Position numbers and translations under genes: made by a program. Positions 33,161 through 42,400 of a DNA stretch of 64,000 nucleotides are shown here, piece after piece. The notes below the pieces were generated by a model. The model saw nothing but the letters and a program-made list of their open reading frames with translations, searched no databases and was not told where the DNA came from. The first letter of the stretch is position 1. Each line of letters opens with the position of its first letter. Source of the DNA: Obrimoposthia wandeli (Eukaryota); assembly GCA_977020255.1 (NCBI GenBank), contig CDROCS010004085.1, positions 372,001 to 436,000 on the forward strand. Direction: 5' to 3'.

Positions 33161-33280
33161 TTATAACTTCATGTGTAAAATTGGAAAGGGTTTACCCATA
33201 TCATCAAGCGGTGAACGTGACACGACTTTAAAACCCATATGTTCATAAAAGCCAACCGCTAATGGGTTTTGCTTGTTAAC
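33161..33280 (-). pseudogene. YjaB-like GNAT acetyltransferase C-terminal fragment
   Basis: Minus strand reads VNKQNPLAVGFYEHMGFKVVSRSPLDDMGKPFPILHMKL*; terminator hairpin at 33098-33128. Confidence 0.75.
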
Positions 33281-33297
33281 CCAATATAGTGATGTCA

Positions 33298-33572
33298 CAT
33301 TCTTTATCGGTATTGCCCTTACCGTCGTAAATTATGTGCCAAATGTTGAGCAAAGTGCCGATACCATCTTTGGTATGCAGTGCGTCATGATCGGGCTACC
33401 AAGCTTCTTCTTTGCCATTGCACTGTTCATCTATTTCCGCTTCTACAAACTGAATGGTGCATACCATCAGAAAATTCAGAATCATCTGACAGAAAAATAC
33501 GATCACATCAGTACTGAATCAGATGACGACGGTAAGCAAGCCGAGACAGGAAAACCAATTCAAGCAATTTAA
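33298..33572 (+). pseudogene. melB: MelB-like melibiose/GPH symporter C-terminal fragment
   Basis: YVPNVEQS...GMQ..MIGLP..FF...FIYFRFYKLNG matches the MelB C-terminus; terminator at 33582-33608. Confidence 0.75.
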
Positions 33573-33762
33573 TTTCATCATCAGGCCATTAATTGATGGC
33601 CTGTTTTTAAAATAAAAATAATCAAATATCGCTTTTGCGTTACAAGTGAAAGGTCGTATGAACGTTAGAAGAAAAGCCTAGATTATCTTTCAGACTAGGG
33701 CCTGAATCTGTTTTTCTATACTGATATTCCCGACAACTGTACACATCATTGTCGGGGTTTTT

Positions 33763-35085
33763 TTAGCTTAAATGGGAGGCGGGAAGCAATAGACGTGCAC
33801 GTAGTCCAGGATTATTATCGCTAAAAGCAAGCTCGCCACCATGACAGACAATAACCGCTTCTACTAACGATAACCCCAGCCCAAAACCTTGATGTGTTCG
33901 GCTACGATCAACACGAAACATCGGTTCTCGAATACGTTCTTTATCCTTATCTGAAACCCCATAGCCGTTATCTGTTATAACTAATCCAAAGTTATCGACA
34001 ATGACGATGATTTCGCCGCGTTCAGGGGTATATTTGATCGCATTTTCAACTAAATTATAAATGGCGCGAAACAATAAACTAGGCTCACCTTGTAAGTGAT
34101 AGGGAGCATCTTGGCGCAGGTATAAAATTTGTTTTTTCTCATCAGAAATGGGCAGTAAAAATTCAATAACATCTTGGCTGATTTTACTCAGATCAACGTA
34201 TTCTTTTTCTAAATTTTGCTTACCACTATTCAAATTAGCGATTTCCAACATGCCGTTGAACATACCAAGTAAAATTTCAAGATCGTCGTGACAGGCTTCT
34301 AATTCATTTTGATGAGGGGAGTTATTGGTAACAAGCAAGCTTTCTAAACGTAGCTTCATGCGGGCAATAGGGGTACGTAAATCATGCGCCATACCGACTG
34401 ATAATGATTTTAGTGAATTCTCTTTTTTCTCAACTTGTTCGATGAGGAAATTTAAATGAATGGCTAAGATATCAAATTCATCATCATTACGGCTAACGGG
34501 AAGCTTTACCCCTTTTTCACCATAAATAACCCGATTCATCCCTTGGTTTACTCGGCTGAGTTTATTGAGTATTGAAACGGCAAATAATGTTGCCCCTGCT
34601 AGCATTAAAATAACCGGTATAGCGATGCCTGTAAGCAACATAGGGGTGACTGTATCGCGATATTCTTGCAATAACGCGGGATTAATCCCAATCACCAATT
34701 GTTCTTTATTGGGTAGTAGAATAATGCTTTCGGGCTGAGTAACATTTAGTACGCTGACATTATTGCCTGATAGTACAGCAGGGTATGAGCGATTTGTAGC
34801 TGAATACGAGGCGCTGCTAATACGATAGGTAAATGCGTTATTTTGTTTACTTCTGTTTGCGACAGATTGGCGGATATTTTCAATATTGCCGGTGGCAGCC
34901 AACATTGAGAAAGTACTCGTTTCACTATTGAGTTCTCGTTTTAGCTGTTTATGGTAAAACGTTTCAGAGCTCACGAAGACTTGGTGAATAAATAGCATAA
35001 ACATCAATGCCACACAGGCAATGAAGTACAGCAACACTTTGAATATTGAAGAGCGTGAAAGGTTATCAGGACCTGCGAAGGACAT
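33763..35085 (-). CDS. Sensor histidine kinase (HAMP-HisKA-HATPase)
   Basis: AHDLRTP H-box; NLVENAIKY, DNGYG and GFGLGLS motifs. Confidence 0.93.
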   Translation of the reverse strand: MSFAGPDNLSRSSIFKVLLYFIACVALMFMLFIHQVFVSSETFYHKQLKRELNSETSTFSMLAATGNIENIRQSVANRSKQNNAFTYRISSASYSATNRSYPAVLSGNNVSVLNVTQPESIILLPNKEQLVIGINPALLQEYRDTVTPMLLTGIAIPVILMLAGATLFAVSILNKLSRVNQGMNRVIYGEKGVKLPVSRNDDEFDILAIHLNFLIEQVEKKENSLKSLSVGMAHDLRTPIARMKLRLESLLVTNNSPHQNELEACHDDLEILLGMFNGMLEIANLNSGKQNLEKEYVDLSKISQDVIEFLLPISDEKKQILYLRQDAPYHLQGEPSLLFRAIYNLVENAIKYTPERGEIIVIVDNFGLVITDNGYGVSDKDKERIREPMFRVDRSRTHQGFGLGLSLVEAVIVCHGGELAFSDNNPGLRARLLLPASHLS

Positions 35086-35743
35086 AGCCTGCCCCCCGGA
35101 TTGTATGGATTAAACCTAACTCACCATTTTCTTCCAATTTTTTGCGCAGGTTGGCAATATGTACATCAATCACATTGGTTTTAGGGTCGAAGTGATAACT
35201 CCACACGGATTCAAATAAGCTCATTCTAGAGACGACATTTTCAGCGTGTTCCATTAAATATTGCAGCAATAAAAACTCCTTTTGTTGCAGGTTCAGTAGA
35301 CGCTCACCTCGCCATACACGGTGTGATTTCATGTCTAAGCGTAGATCATCGTAGACATATTCAGTCACCACTTTTGCTGACGATTGTTGGCGTTTTACTA
35401 ATATTTGAGCGCGGGCAATTAACTCCGCTAAAGCAAAAGGTTTGGTTAAGTAATCATCGCTACCTGCTGTTAACCCTTTCACACGATCTTCCACACTGTC
35501 CATCGCACTTAGGATTAATATGGGCGTTTGATTTTCAGTTGCTCGTATAGCCGCTAACACTTTTATGCCATCTAAAATAGGCAGCATACGGTCCAAAATG
35601 ATCAGCTGGTATTCGCAACTTGTGGCCATCATTAAGCCTTGATGACCGTCGTCTGCCTCGTCGACGACAAAGCCATGTTCACGTAATCCTTTCGCGATAA
35701 ATTCACGTGTGGTCAGATCATCTTCGATAACCAGTATTTTCAT
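35066..35743 (-). CDS. OmpR-family response regulator (CusR/CopR-like)
   Basis: IEDD, ILDRMLP, DDYLTKPF and IHTIRGAGY motifs; overlaps the kinase start. Confidence 0.95.
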   Translation of the reverse strand: MKILVIEDDLTTREFIAKGLREHGFVVDEADDGHQGLMMATSCEYQLIILDRMLPILDGIKVLAAIRATENQTPILILSAMDSVEDRVKGLTAGSDDYLTKPFALAELIARAQILVKRQQSSAKVVTEYVYDDLRLDMKSHRVWRGERLLNLQQKEFLLLQYLMEHAENVVSRMSLFESVWSYHFDPKTNVIDVHIANLRKKLEENGELGLIHTIRGAGYVLRRS

Positions 35744-35757
35744 TTGAGACCTATTTA

Positions 35758-35804
35758 AAATGCTAAATGCTAAATGCTAAATGCTAAATGCTAAATGCTA
35801 AATG
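35758..35804. repeat. 7-bp VNTR, (AAATGCT)x6 + AAATG
   Basis: Counted directly; starts 15 bp upstream of the regulator ATG. Confidence 0.97.
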
Positions 35805-35840
35805 GGTATATCGCATCGTTTTGTCGCCATTATAGGTGTA

Positions 35841-35907
35841 TATACCCAAGACACCTAAAAATGCAGAGCTCTCGATGAAACAAGCATCTTGAAGTGACTT
35901 GGGTATA
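35841..35907. repeat. ERIC-like palindromic element (67 bp)
   Basis: TATACCCAAGACACCTAAAAATGC...GCATCTTGAAGTGACTTGGGTATA. Confidence 0.8.
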
Positions 35908-35908
35908 T

Positions 35909-35939
35909 AAAAAAACGGCCTACCAAGGGCAGGCCGTTG
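35909..35939 (-). terminator. Terminator of the PTS gene
   Basis: AAAAAACGGCCT...AGGCCGTT. Confidence 0.75.
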
Positions 35940-35983
35940 AGTAACTCTAGGGGAATAAAGTTACTATCTTTTTAATATGTTGT

Positions 35984-37342
35984 TTATAGTGATTTCATCT
36001 GTGTCGCGATCGATTCAGCTTGTGGACCTAAGATAACTTGTAGGTTAGCTGCGCCCACATTCACCACAGCTTTAGCACCTAAGGCTTTCAGCTTGCTGTC
36101 ATCAATGATGCTGCGGTTAACAATGCCTAAGCGTAAACGAGTGATACATGAAGAAATGTCGGTCAGATTATCTTTACCACCTAGTGCTGCTAAGTATTCT
36201 TTTGCAAGATCACCCGCATCAACTTCTTTATTTTCTGTTTTAGGTGCATCTTCACGACCCGGTGTTTTCAAGTTGAACACACGAATAACAGTGACAAAAG
36301 TAACGAAGTAAACAACAGCTAAACCTAATCCTAATGGAATAACCATCCAAGCATTTTTAGCCGCAGGCGCATTAAAGTTGATTAAATAATCAATGAAACC
36401 AGAAGAGAAACTAAAGGCTAAGTGGATATCCAACATCGATGATAATACTAAGCTCACCCCCATAAGGATTGCGTGAACTAAATACAGCGCAGGCGCAAGG
36501 AACATGAACATGAATTCGATAGGTTCAGTAATACCGGTTAAGAATGCTGTAAACGCAACACTTAATAGCATACCGCCAACACGTGCTTTGTTTTCTTTTT
36601 TGGCCGTTACATAGAAAGCCGCTGCTGCTGCAGGTAAGCCGAACATGATAACAGGGAAGAAGCCACCAAGAATTAATCCTGCGTTTGGATCGCCAGCCAT
36701 AAAGCGAGCAATTTCACCTGTCGCGCCGTTGTATTCACCAAAAACGAACCACACCATGGTGTTCAAAATGTGATGAAGCCCAATAGGGATCAGTAAGCGG
36801 TTAGCCACACCATAAGCAAACTCACCTGGTGTACCACTGCTTAAAATCCAATGACCAAGGTCGTTGATCACAGATTGGATCGGTGGCCAAATCACAGAAA
36901 AACCATACGCTAAGATTAATGCCGCAAGGCCCGTAATAATAGGCACGAATCGCTTACCAGCGAAGAAACCAAGGAACTCAGGTAATTTGATGTTGTTGAA
37001 GCGGTTATACAGGTGACCTGCAGCCAAACCGATAACGATGCCGCCAGCAACCCCTGGGTCGACATTAGGATTTAACGAGCCGATAGCAGCTGTCATAATG
37101 AAGTAACCCACACAAGCTGCAATTACAGCGGCGGCTGAATTATCTTTTGAAAAGCCACCTGCAACCCCCATTGCAAATAGCAGTGCTAAGTTGGTAAATA
37201 TCGCTTGTCCGCCAGCGGCTATAAAAGGAATGTCTAATAAGTCTGGTTGACCAAAGCGTAACAACATACCAGCAACCGGTAGTACTGCAATTGGGAACAT
37301 CAATGCATTACCAAGTTTCTGGAAATAACCAAGTATGTTCAT
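35984..37342 (-). CDS. nagE: PTS N-acetylglucosamine-specific IICB
   Basis: QKLGNALMFPIAVLP, FLTGITEPIEF and IIB motif SCITRLRL; SD GGAG upstream of ATG 37342. Confidence 0.88.
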   Translation of the reverse strand: MNILGYFQKLGNALMFPIAVLPVAGMLLRFGQPDLLDIPFIAAGGQAIFTNLALLFAMGVAGGFSKDNSAAAVIAACVGYFIMTAAIGSLNPNVDPGVAGGIVIGLAAGHLYNRFNNIKLPEFLGFFAGKRFVPIITGLAALILAYGFSVIWPPIQSVINDLGHWILSSGTPGEFAYGVANRLLIPIGLHHILNTMVWFVFGEYNGATGEIARFMAGDPNAGLILGGFFPVIMFGLPAAAAAFYVTAKKENKARVGGMLLSVAFTAFLTGITEPIEFMFMFLAPALYLVHAILMGVSLVLSSMLDIHLAFSFSSGFIDYLINFNAPAAKNAWMVIPLGLGLAVVYFVTFVTVIRVFNLKTPGREDAPKTENKEVDAGDLAKEYLAALGGKDNLTDISSCITRLRLGIVNRSIIDDSKLKALGAKAVVNVGAANLQVILGPQAESIATQMKSL

Positions 37343-37492
37343 TTCCCTCTCCATATCGTCTAATCAAAAATTACGACAACAATTATGTTGTCGAAAATAT
37401 AACTTGGGTATAACGATACAGGTAGGCATCTAAAGTAGGATTTATCGGAACATTAAGGATCCTTAATGTTTCGGCGTAAATGGCACTTTCAG

Positions 37493-37508
37493 TGTGATTT
37501 CAATCACA
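37493..37508. promoter_or_regulatory. CRP site
   Basis: Perfect TGTGA-TTTCAA-TCACA upstream of nagE. Confidence 0.8.
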
Positions 37509-37556
37509 CAATTGGGAAGATAATAATTTGCGCGAATTTAAGATCGTCAGATTGGT

Positions 37557-37581
37557 GGTGAGTGGTGAGTGGTGAGTGGTG
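37557..37581. repeat. 7-bp tandem repeat, (GGTGAGT)x3.5
   Basis: Counted directly. Confidence 0.85.
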
Positions 37582-37682
37582 TGATTTGATGACAGCTAGT
37601 GATGAAAAAACGTGTGAAATGGATTCTTATGTATCTTTACTAAAAAGAGATAAAAAATAGAATCCATTTTTTTGAGCGTAAT

Positions 37683-38903
37683 TTACTCAGTGACGATTAA
37701 GTTACGTCCATTTTCTTTCGCTTTATATAAACACTTGTCTGCTCGGCCAATAAGATCATGCACGTTACTGTCAGCGTTGACGACCCCAGCACTAATTGTA
37801 TAGCTAATTGAATTATTTAGGATACTTAGTTGGCTATCTGCAATATCATTTTTTAACGCTTCAAGGCGTTGGTTGAACACTGTTGGTGAATTGCCATAAA
37901 GTATGCAGAATTCTTCGCCACCAAATCGTGCGACAAGGGCGTCTGAAAAGTAATTTTTTAATGTGTTAGCAAACTCAATCAACACCATATCGCCAATGTG
38001 GTGGCCATGGGTATCGTTGATTTTTTTAAAATTATCGATATCAAGTAATGCTAAACATCGAGGGCCCGAATGTTTTTTTGACAATGGTTGGTCAAAGAAA
38101 TAACGACGGTTCCACGTTTGGGTTAGGTAGTCTTTATTCGCCAGATGAAAAAGGTGACGCTCAGAATCTAGCGTGTTTAATGTACTATGTAAACGACAAT
38201 AGAATTCTTCTTGATTAAATGGCTTGGTTAAAAAGTCATTTGCACCGGCTTTAAGAAACTTCGCGGTTAATGCTGCTTCATCACTGGCAGATAGCCCTAT
38301 TATCGCGACTTGTCCGGGGCGATGACGTTTTCGTATTTCTTTAATCAGACTAACACCGTCACGTTCTGGCATTGAATAGTCGGTAATAATTAAACTAATG
38401 TCTTTGTGTTGTTGGAAGACTTCTAATGCGTGATCACCATTTTTAGCTTCAATCACTGTAAGATATTGGCGTTCAAGTAAACTGCGAATATAACGGCGAG
38501 CCGTTGTTGAATCATCAACAACGAGTACTTTATGATCGCTGTTATTTTCTAGTCGCTTTAATATGGGAATGATTGACGCTATACACGCTGGGCTATCTTT
38601 AGGAATATAATCAATAACCGTTTTTGCAAGTACTTTTTCGCGTGTCATTTCATCCATTAAAGCCGTGAGAACGATAACTTTAATATCGACAGATAAACAA
38701 ACGTCAATAATCTGTCCATCTTGTCCATCTGGTAGACAATAATCAAGAATTGCGCATAGGAAGTCAGTTGTATCATCAAGTATTCTTTCTGCTTCAGCGA
38801 TAGTTTCGGCGAAGACTGGGAAAAAACCTGACTTTCGAAGTTCTATTTCAATCGCTCTTCGAAAAGGGCGGCTATCTTCTACAACTAATATTTTTTGTTC
38901 CAT
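37683..38903 (-). CDS. REC-REC-GGDEF diguanylate cyclase response regulator
   Basis: Two receiver domains (ILDYCLP, ITDYSMP); RFGGEEF. Confidence 0.92.
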   Translation of the reverse strand: MEQKILVVEDSRPFRRAIEIELRKSGFFPVFAETIAEAERILDDTTDFLCAILDYCLPDGQDGQIIDVCLSVDIKVIVLTALMDEMTREKVLAKTVIDYIPKDSPACIASIIPILKRLENNSDHKVLVVDDSTTARRYIRSLLERQYLTVIEAKNGDHALEVFQQHKDISLIITDYSMPERDGVSLIKEIRKRHRPGQVAIIGLSASDEAALTAKFLKAGANDFLTKPFNQEEFYCRLHSTLNTLDSERHLFHLANKDYLTQTWNRRYFFDQPLSKKHSGPRCLALLDIDNFKKINDTHGHHIGDMVLIEFANTLKNYFSDALVARFGGEEFCILYGNSPTVFNQRLEALKNDIADSQLSILNNSISYTISAGVVNADSNVHDLIGRADKCLYKAKENGRNLIVTE

Positions 38904-39327
38904 TGTTACGGCAACCTTGAGGAGATTATCTAATAGTTGAGTGATGTATCATTATGTGTTTTTAGGCGAAAGATTATGCGCTATTTTACAATATGATACA
39001 AATAAAGATGTCAAAAAAAAGTCTACAAATGAAGGTGATAACGGAAAAATGACTATTTATTGACGGTTTCAGTTATATGGTATGCCATTCATGCTTTGGT
39101 AAACAATATCTTAAGCTTTAATGTTAATTTTTTATTCTCAATTTGGTCGGTTTGTATGTCAATTGCTTGCCAGTGTTCATTGTTACTGATGGCTGGTATT
39201 GATAAAAAGCATATTAGTTATCATTCAGTTGTTATGTTTACAGCGAGTCTTTAAGTAAAATTAAACAGAAGTGATACGTAAAAATATAAAATAATGAAAG
39301 TTAAACGCAGATGAATAGTTATCTTAA

Positions 39328-39351
39328 TATACCCAAGCTACCTTGGGCATA
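39328..39351. repeat. Collapsed ERIC-like remnant (24 bp)
   Basis: TATACCCAAG-CTAC-CTTGGGCATA, i.e. both termini joined. Confidence 0.55.
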
Positions 39352-39431
39352 AACCTGCCCCCTTTGATGTTCCAAAAATGAAGATTCAAAGGGGAGTGTT
39401 GTACTTAGCTCATAATTGTATGGCTTATGGC

Positions 39432-42400
39432 TTATGAACCTTGCCAAATCCTCTCACAGGTTTGACTACCATCTTGTTCAAGCGGTTTTTCGATTAACCA
39501 ACGAATCGGTGATACAACGGGGCTTGTCGTAAAGCGAACCGAAGTTTCGAAAATAGCAGACCAAGGCACATCCAGATCGAAGTCTTCAAACTTACCATGT
39601 ACTTCTACTGGGGTCTGTAAACTGAATATTTGTGCCTTCTTTGACTTAGGGCTTAGGTATAAATTAAACGCTCGATCAGCATAGCTGGCATTAAACAAAC
39701 CATTAACTTGAATGCGAGTGGTATCAAGCAATAAGTTACGTTGAGTCATTGTGCCTTGTTTAATATCCATGCCCGCAGCAAAGCAATTTAATACCGATGG
39801 GTCATCATTGGTAAAGTTGGGTAAAATGGCATCGGTTAAGCTGACAGCCCACAGATCAATTATGTTGGCTTCAAATGTTTTAGGCCAAGTAGCAAAACCA
39901 ATGAATCCGTTCGCATTATTCATCAGTGTATCTGGGGTATTCGCTACGCTGGTAAGGTTAAATTTCGTACTTATTTTACCGTGCATATCTGTGTTCGGGT
40001 CGAGTCGGCGAGCAAGAATACCGTAGTCGAAATTGGTTACTTTTCCTTGCAGGCTGATATCAAACATTTCTTGCTTGGCTTTCACTTCACCATGAATATT
40101 GATATCGCCACCGGGTAATTTTACATGCAATGGTTGCAGGGTGAATTGCCCTTGATCGAGTTGCCAATATAACTTGCCCGCGCCTAACCAATCATCACCC
40201 GATCGTACTTCATCAACATCGAGCTTGAAGTTAGCGTTTACTATCTCTAAGCCTTCAGGACTAATAACGGGCACTGCATCATCGTTGGTGTTGGTGTTGG
40301 TATTGGTATTGGTATCAGTCGGAGTACTTTCTGTCGTCTGTTCTTCAGCTAACCATGCTTGCCAGCCAGTAGTCTTAAAGTCATTAATTTGGATAAATGG
40401 TGCATGCAAAGCGATATCAACAGAAGGACGATCTTGACCGTTCATTGGTGGAATAATGTCACCTTTGCCCATTAGTTTACTGTCACCCACTTGCACCATC
40501 ATATCGCGCAGGTGGTAGCCGATATCATCCATCGACATTTGAGCCGCTAGTTTTACTGGGCCATAAGGGGGTAGTTCAACACCGGTAAAGAGGTTAAAGC
40601 GATCTAAGTTCGGTGTGTAAGCATCAAAAGTGAGATTTAAACGTTTAATGTCCATGGGTAAAGTAACGTTAGATCGTGCGTTGAATGCCATATCACCCAC
40701 ATTAACCGCGAAACTAACGGGCATTGATTTTCGTCCGTCATTGGCTTGTTTAAGTGATAATGAATCCAATTTTATAGAAACGGCGCGTTCAGATGTTTGC
40801 CCAGCGATTTTGAGCTGTGTTGCATCATTAGGACCCGTAATAAAGTGCCCATTACTAAGTGAAACATTAATGGCTTTTCCGGTATAGACATCAGCGAGTT
40901 TAAGTTCGCCTCCCGACATTTTAGCTTCGATTTTTGCTTGTTCCATTAACTCGATAATCGTGCGACCCGATAGGTCAATGGCAAGCTGGGCAGATTTGAG
41001 TTTCATGCCTAAATCATCGGTCACATCAAATTGCGACAGAATACGACCAATATTGGGATTATTAACCCCAAGATTGAGCTGCGTACTAATGTTTGCATCG
41101 TTTAAGTTAAACGCGATATCTCCGCTATAAAGACTGCCCGCATAGCTAGCGCCAAAAGGAGAAGTTGGCATTTTTCCGTTTCGCACTTTTCCTTTGAAGT
41201 TCACGTTATCGACATGTTGATTTGCCCATGTCATTGTTTTTACGCGAAGTGATAAATCAGCATCTGCAATAACAAGATCATTGCCTAATAATGGCACATC
41301 TAGATTCACACCTTGTGTCGGTACTGCTTGTTCTACTTGGGGTAATTCATCATCGTTAACAAACTGACCAAATTGCGTGAAATCCAATTGGTCAAATTGC
41401 ATGTTAAGCACTAAAAATGGGTTACCGTCTTCTGGTCGCCATTTTGCTTCAAATTGCCCTTTGGTGTTCATAAAAGATAAATTGGGTATATCAAGGTTGA
41501 TCCACTTATCTTGGTAAGCCAGTTTACCGTTTAATGCCATTTCACCATTTATGTTAGTTTGCGTGCCTAACCAAGGGCTTAGCTTGCTAGCATCATCGCC
41601 TTGAACTGTTAGGTTGAACCAACTGCCTTCTTGCCATTGAGTACCGACTAATAAGCCTTGTGCTTTTACATCTAAAACTGGGCTATCGATATGTAATCGT
41701 GTTGGCCAATCGCGACCATTAATAATGTCACCGAGCGTGCCAGCTTTAGCCGTTACATGGGTCGGAATACCCATGAGATCGCCTTGAATATCAGAGCTGA
41801 AAGGGCGATTCATTCCTGCTGCTAATTGGGCGGTATCAATTACAAATGTTGCTTGGCTGCCCCAGCCGACGCTGGCATCATCAATTGAAAGTGCAATTTG
41901 GCTGTTATCTAACCACTCTTGCAGTTTGGTGCCTTGCGTAGTGATTGTTAATTCAGACGATGTAAGGTGACCCGAGGCATAGGGGATCCCCGTTAACCAG
42001 CTCGCAATTTCACCTAGAGAAGAATCTTTTGCCCCCAATGTAATATCGACATTCGATGTCCATTCGGTTGCGTCGATCGTTGCGTTACCACGAAATGGAA
42101 CATTGGCAATGTCTGCGGTCATTGGCGCTTGTAGCTTTCCATCGATCCCTTCAACATTGAGTGATAAGTTGGCGACGTTTGTTCCTAATCCTTTAATTTT
42201 GCCAATATTCACCCCGACTTTGGTGGTGGTTTTTTTCAGCCATTGGTCGAGTGCCCGTTGTAAGGGTGATTGTTGTGGCGTTGCGCCATAAGCCGACATC
42301 ATCATCGGTTGAGGCTCTTCTGGTTGTAGCCATGGGCGTAAATCAATCAATGGAATATCGAGTTGCCCTTCAATGAAGTTATGGCCGTCGGTGTATGGCA

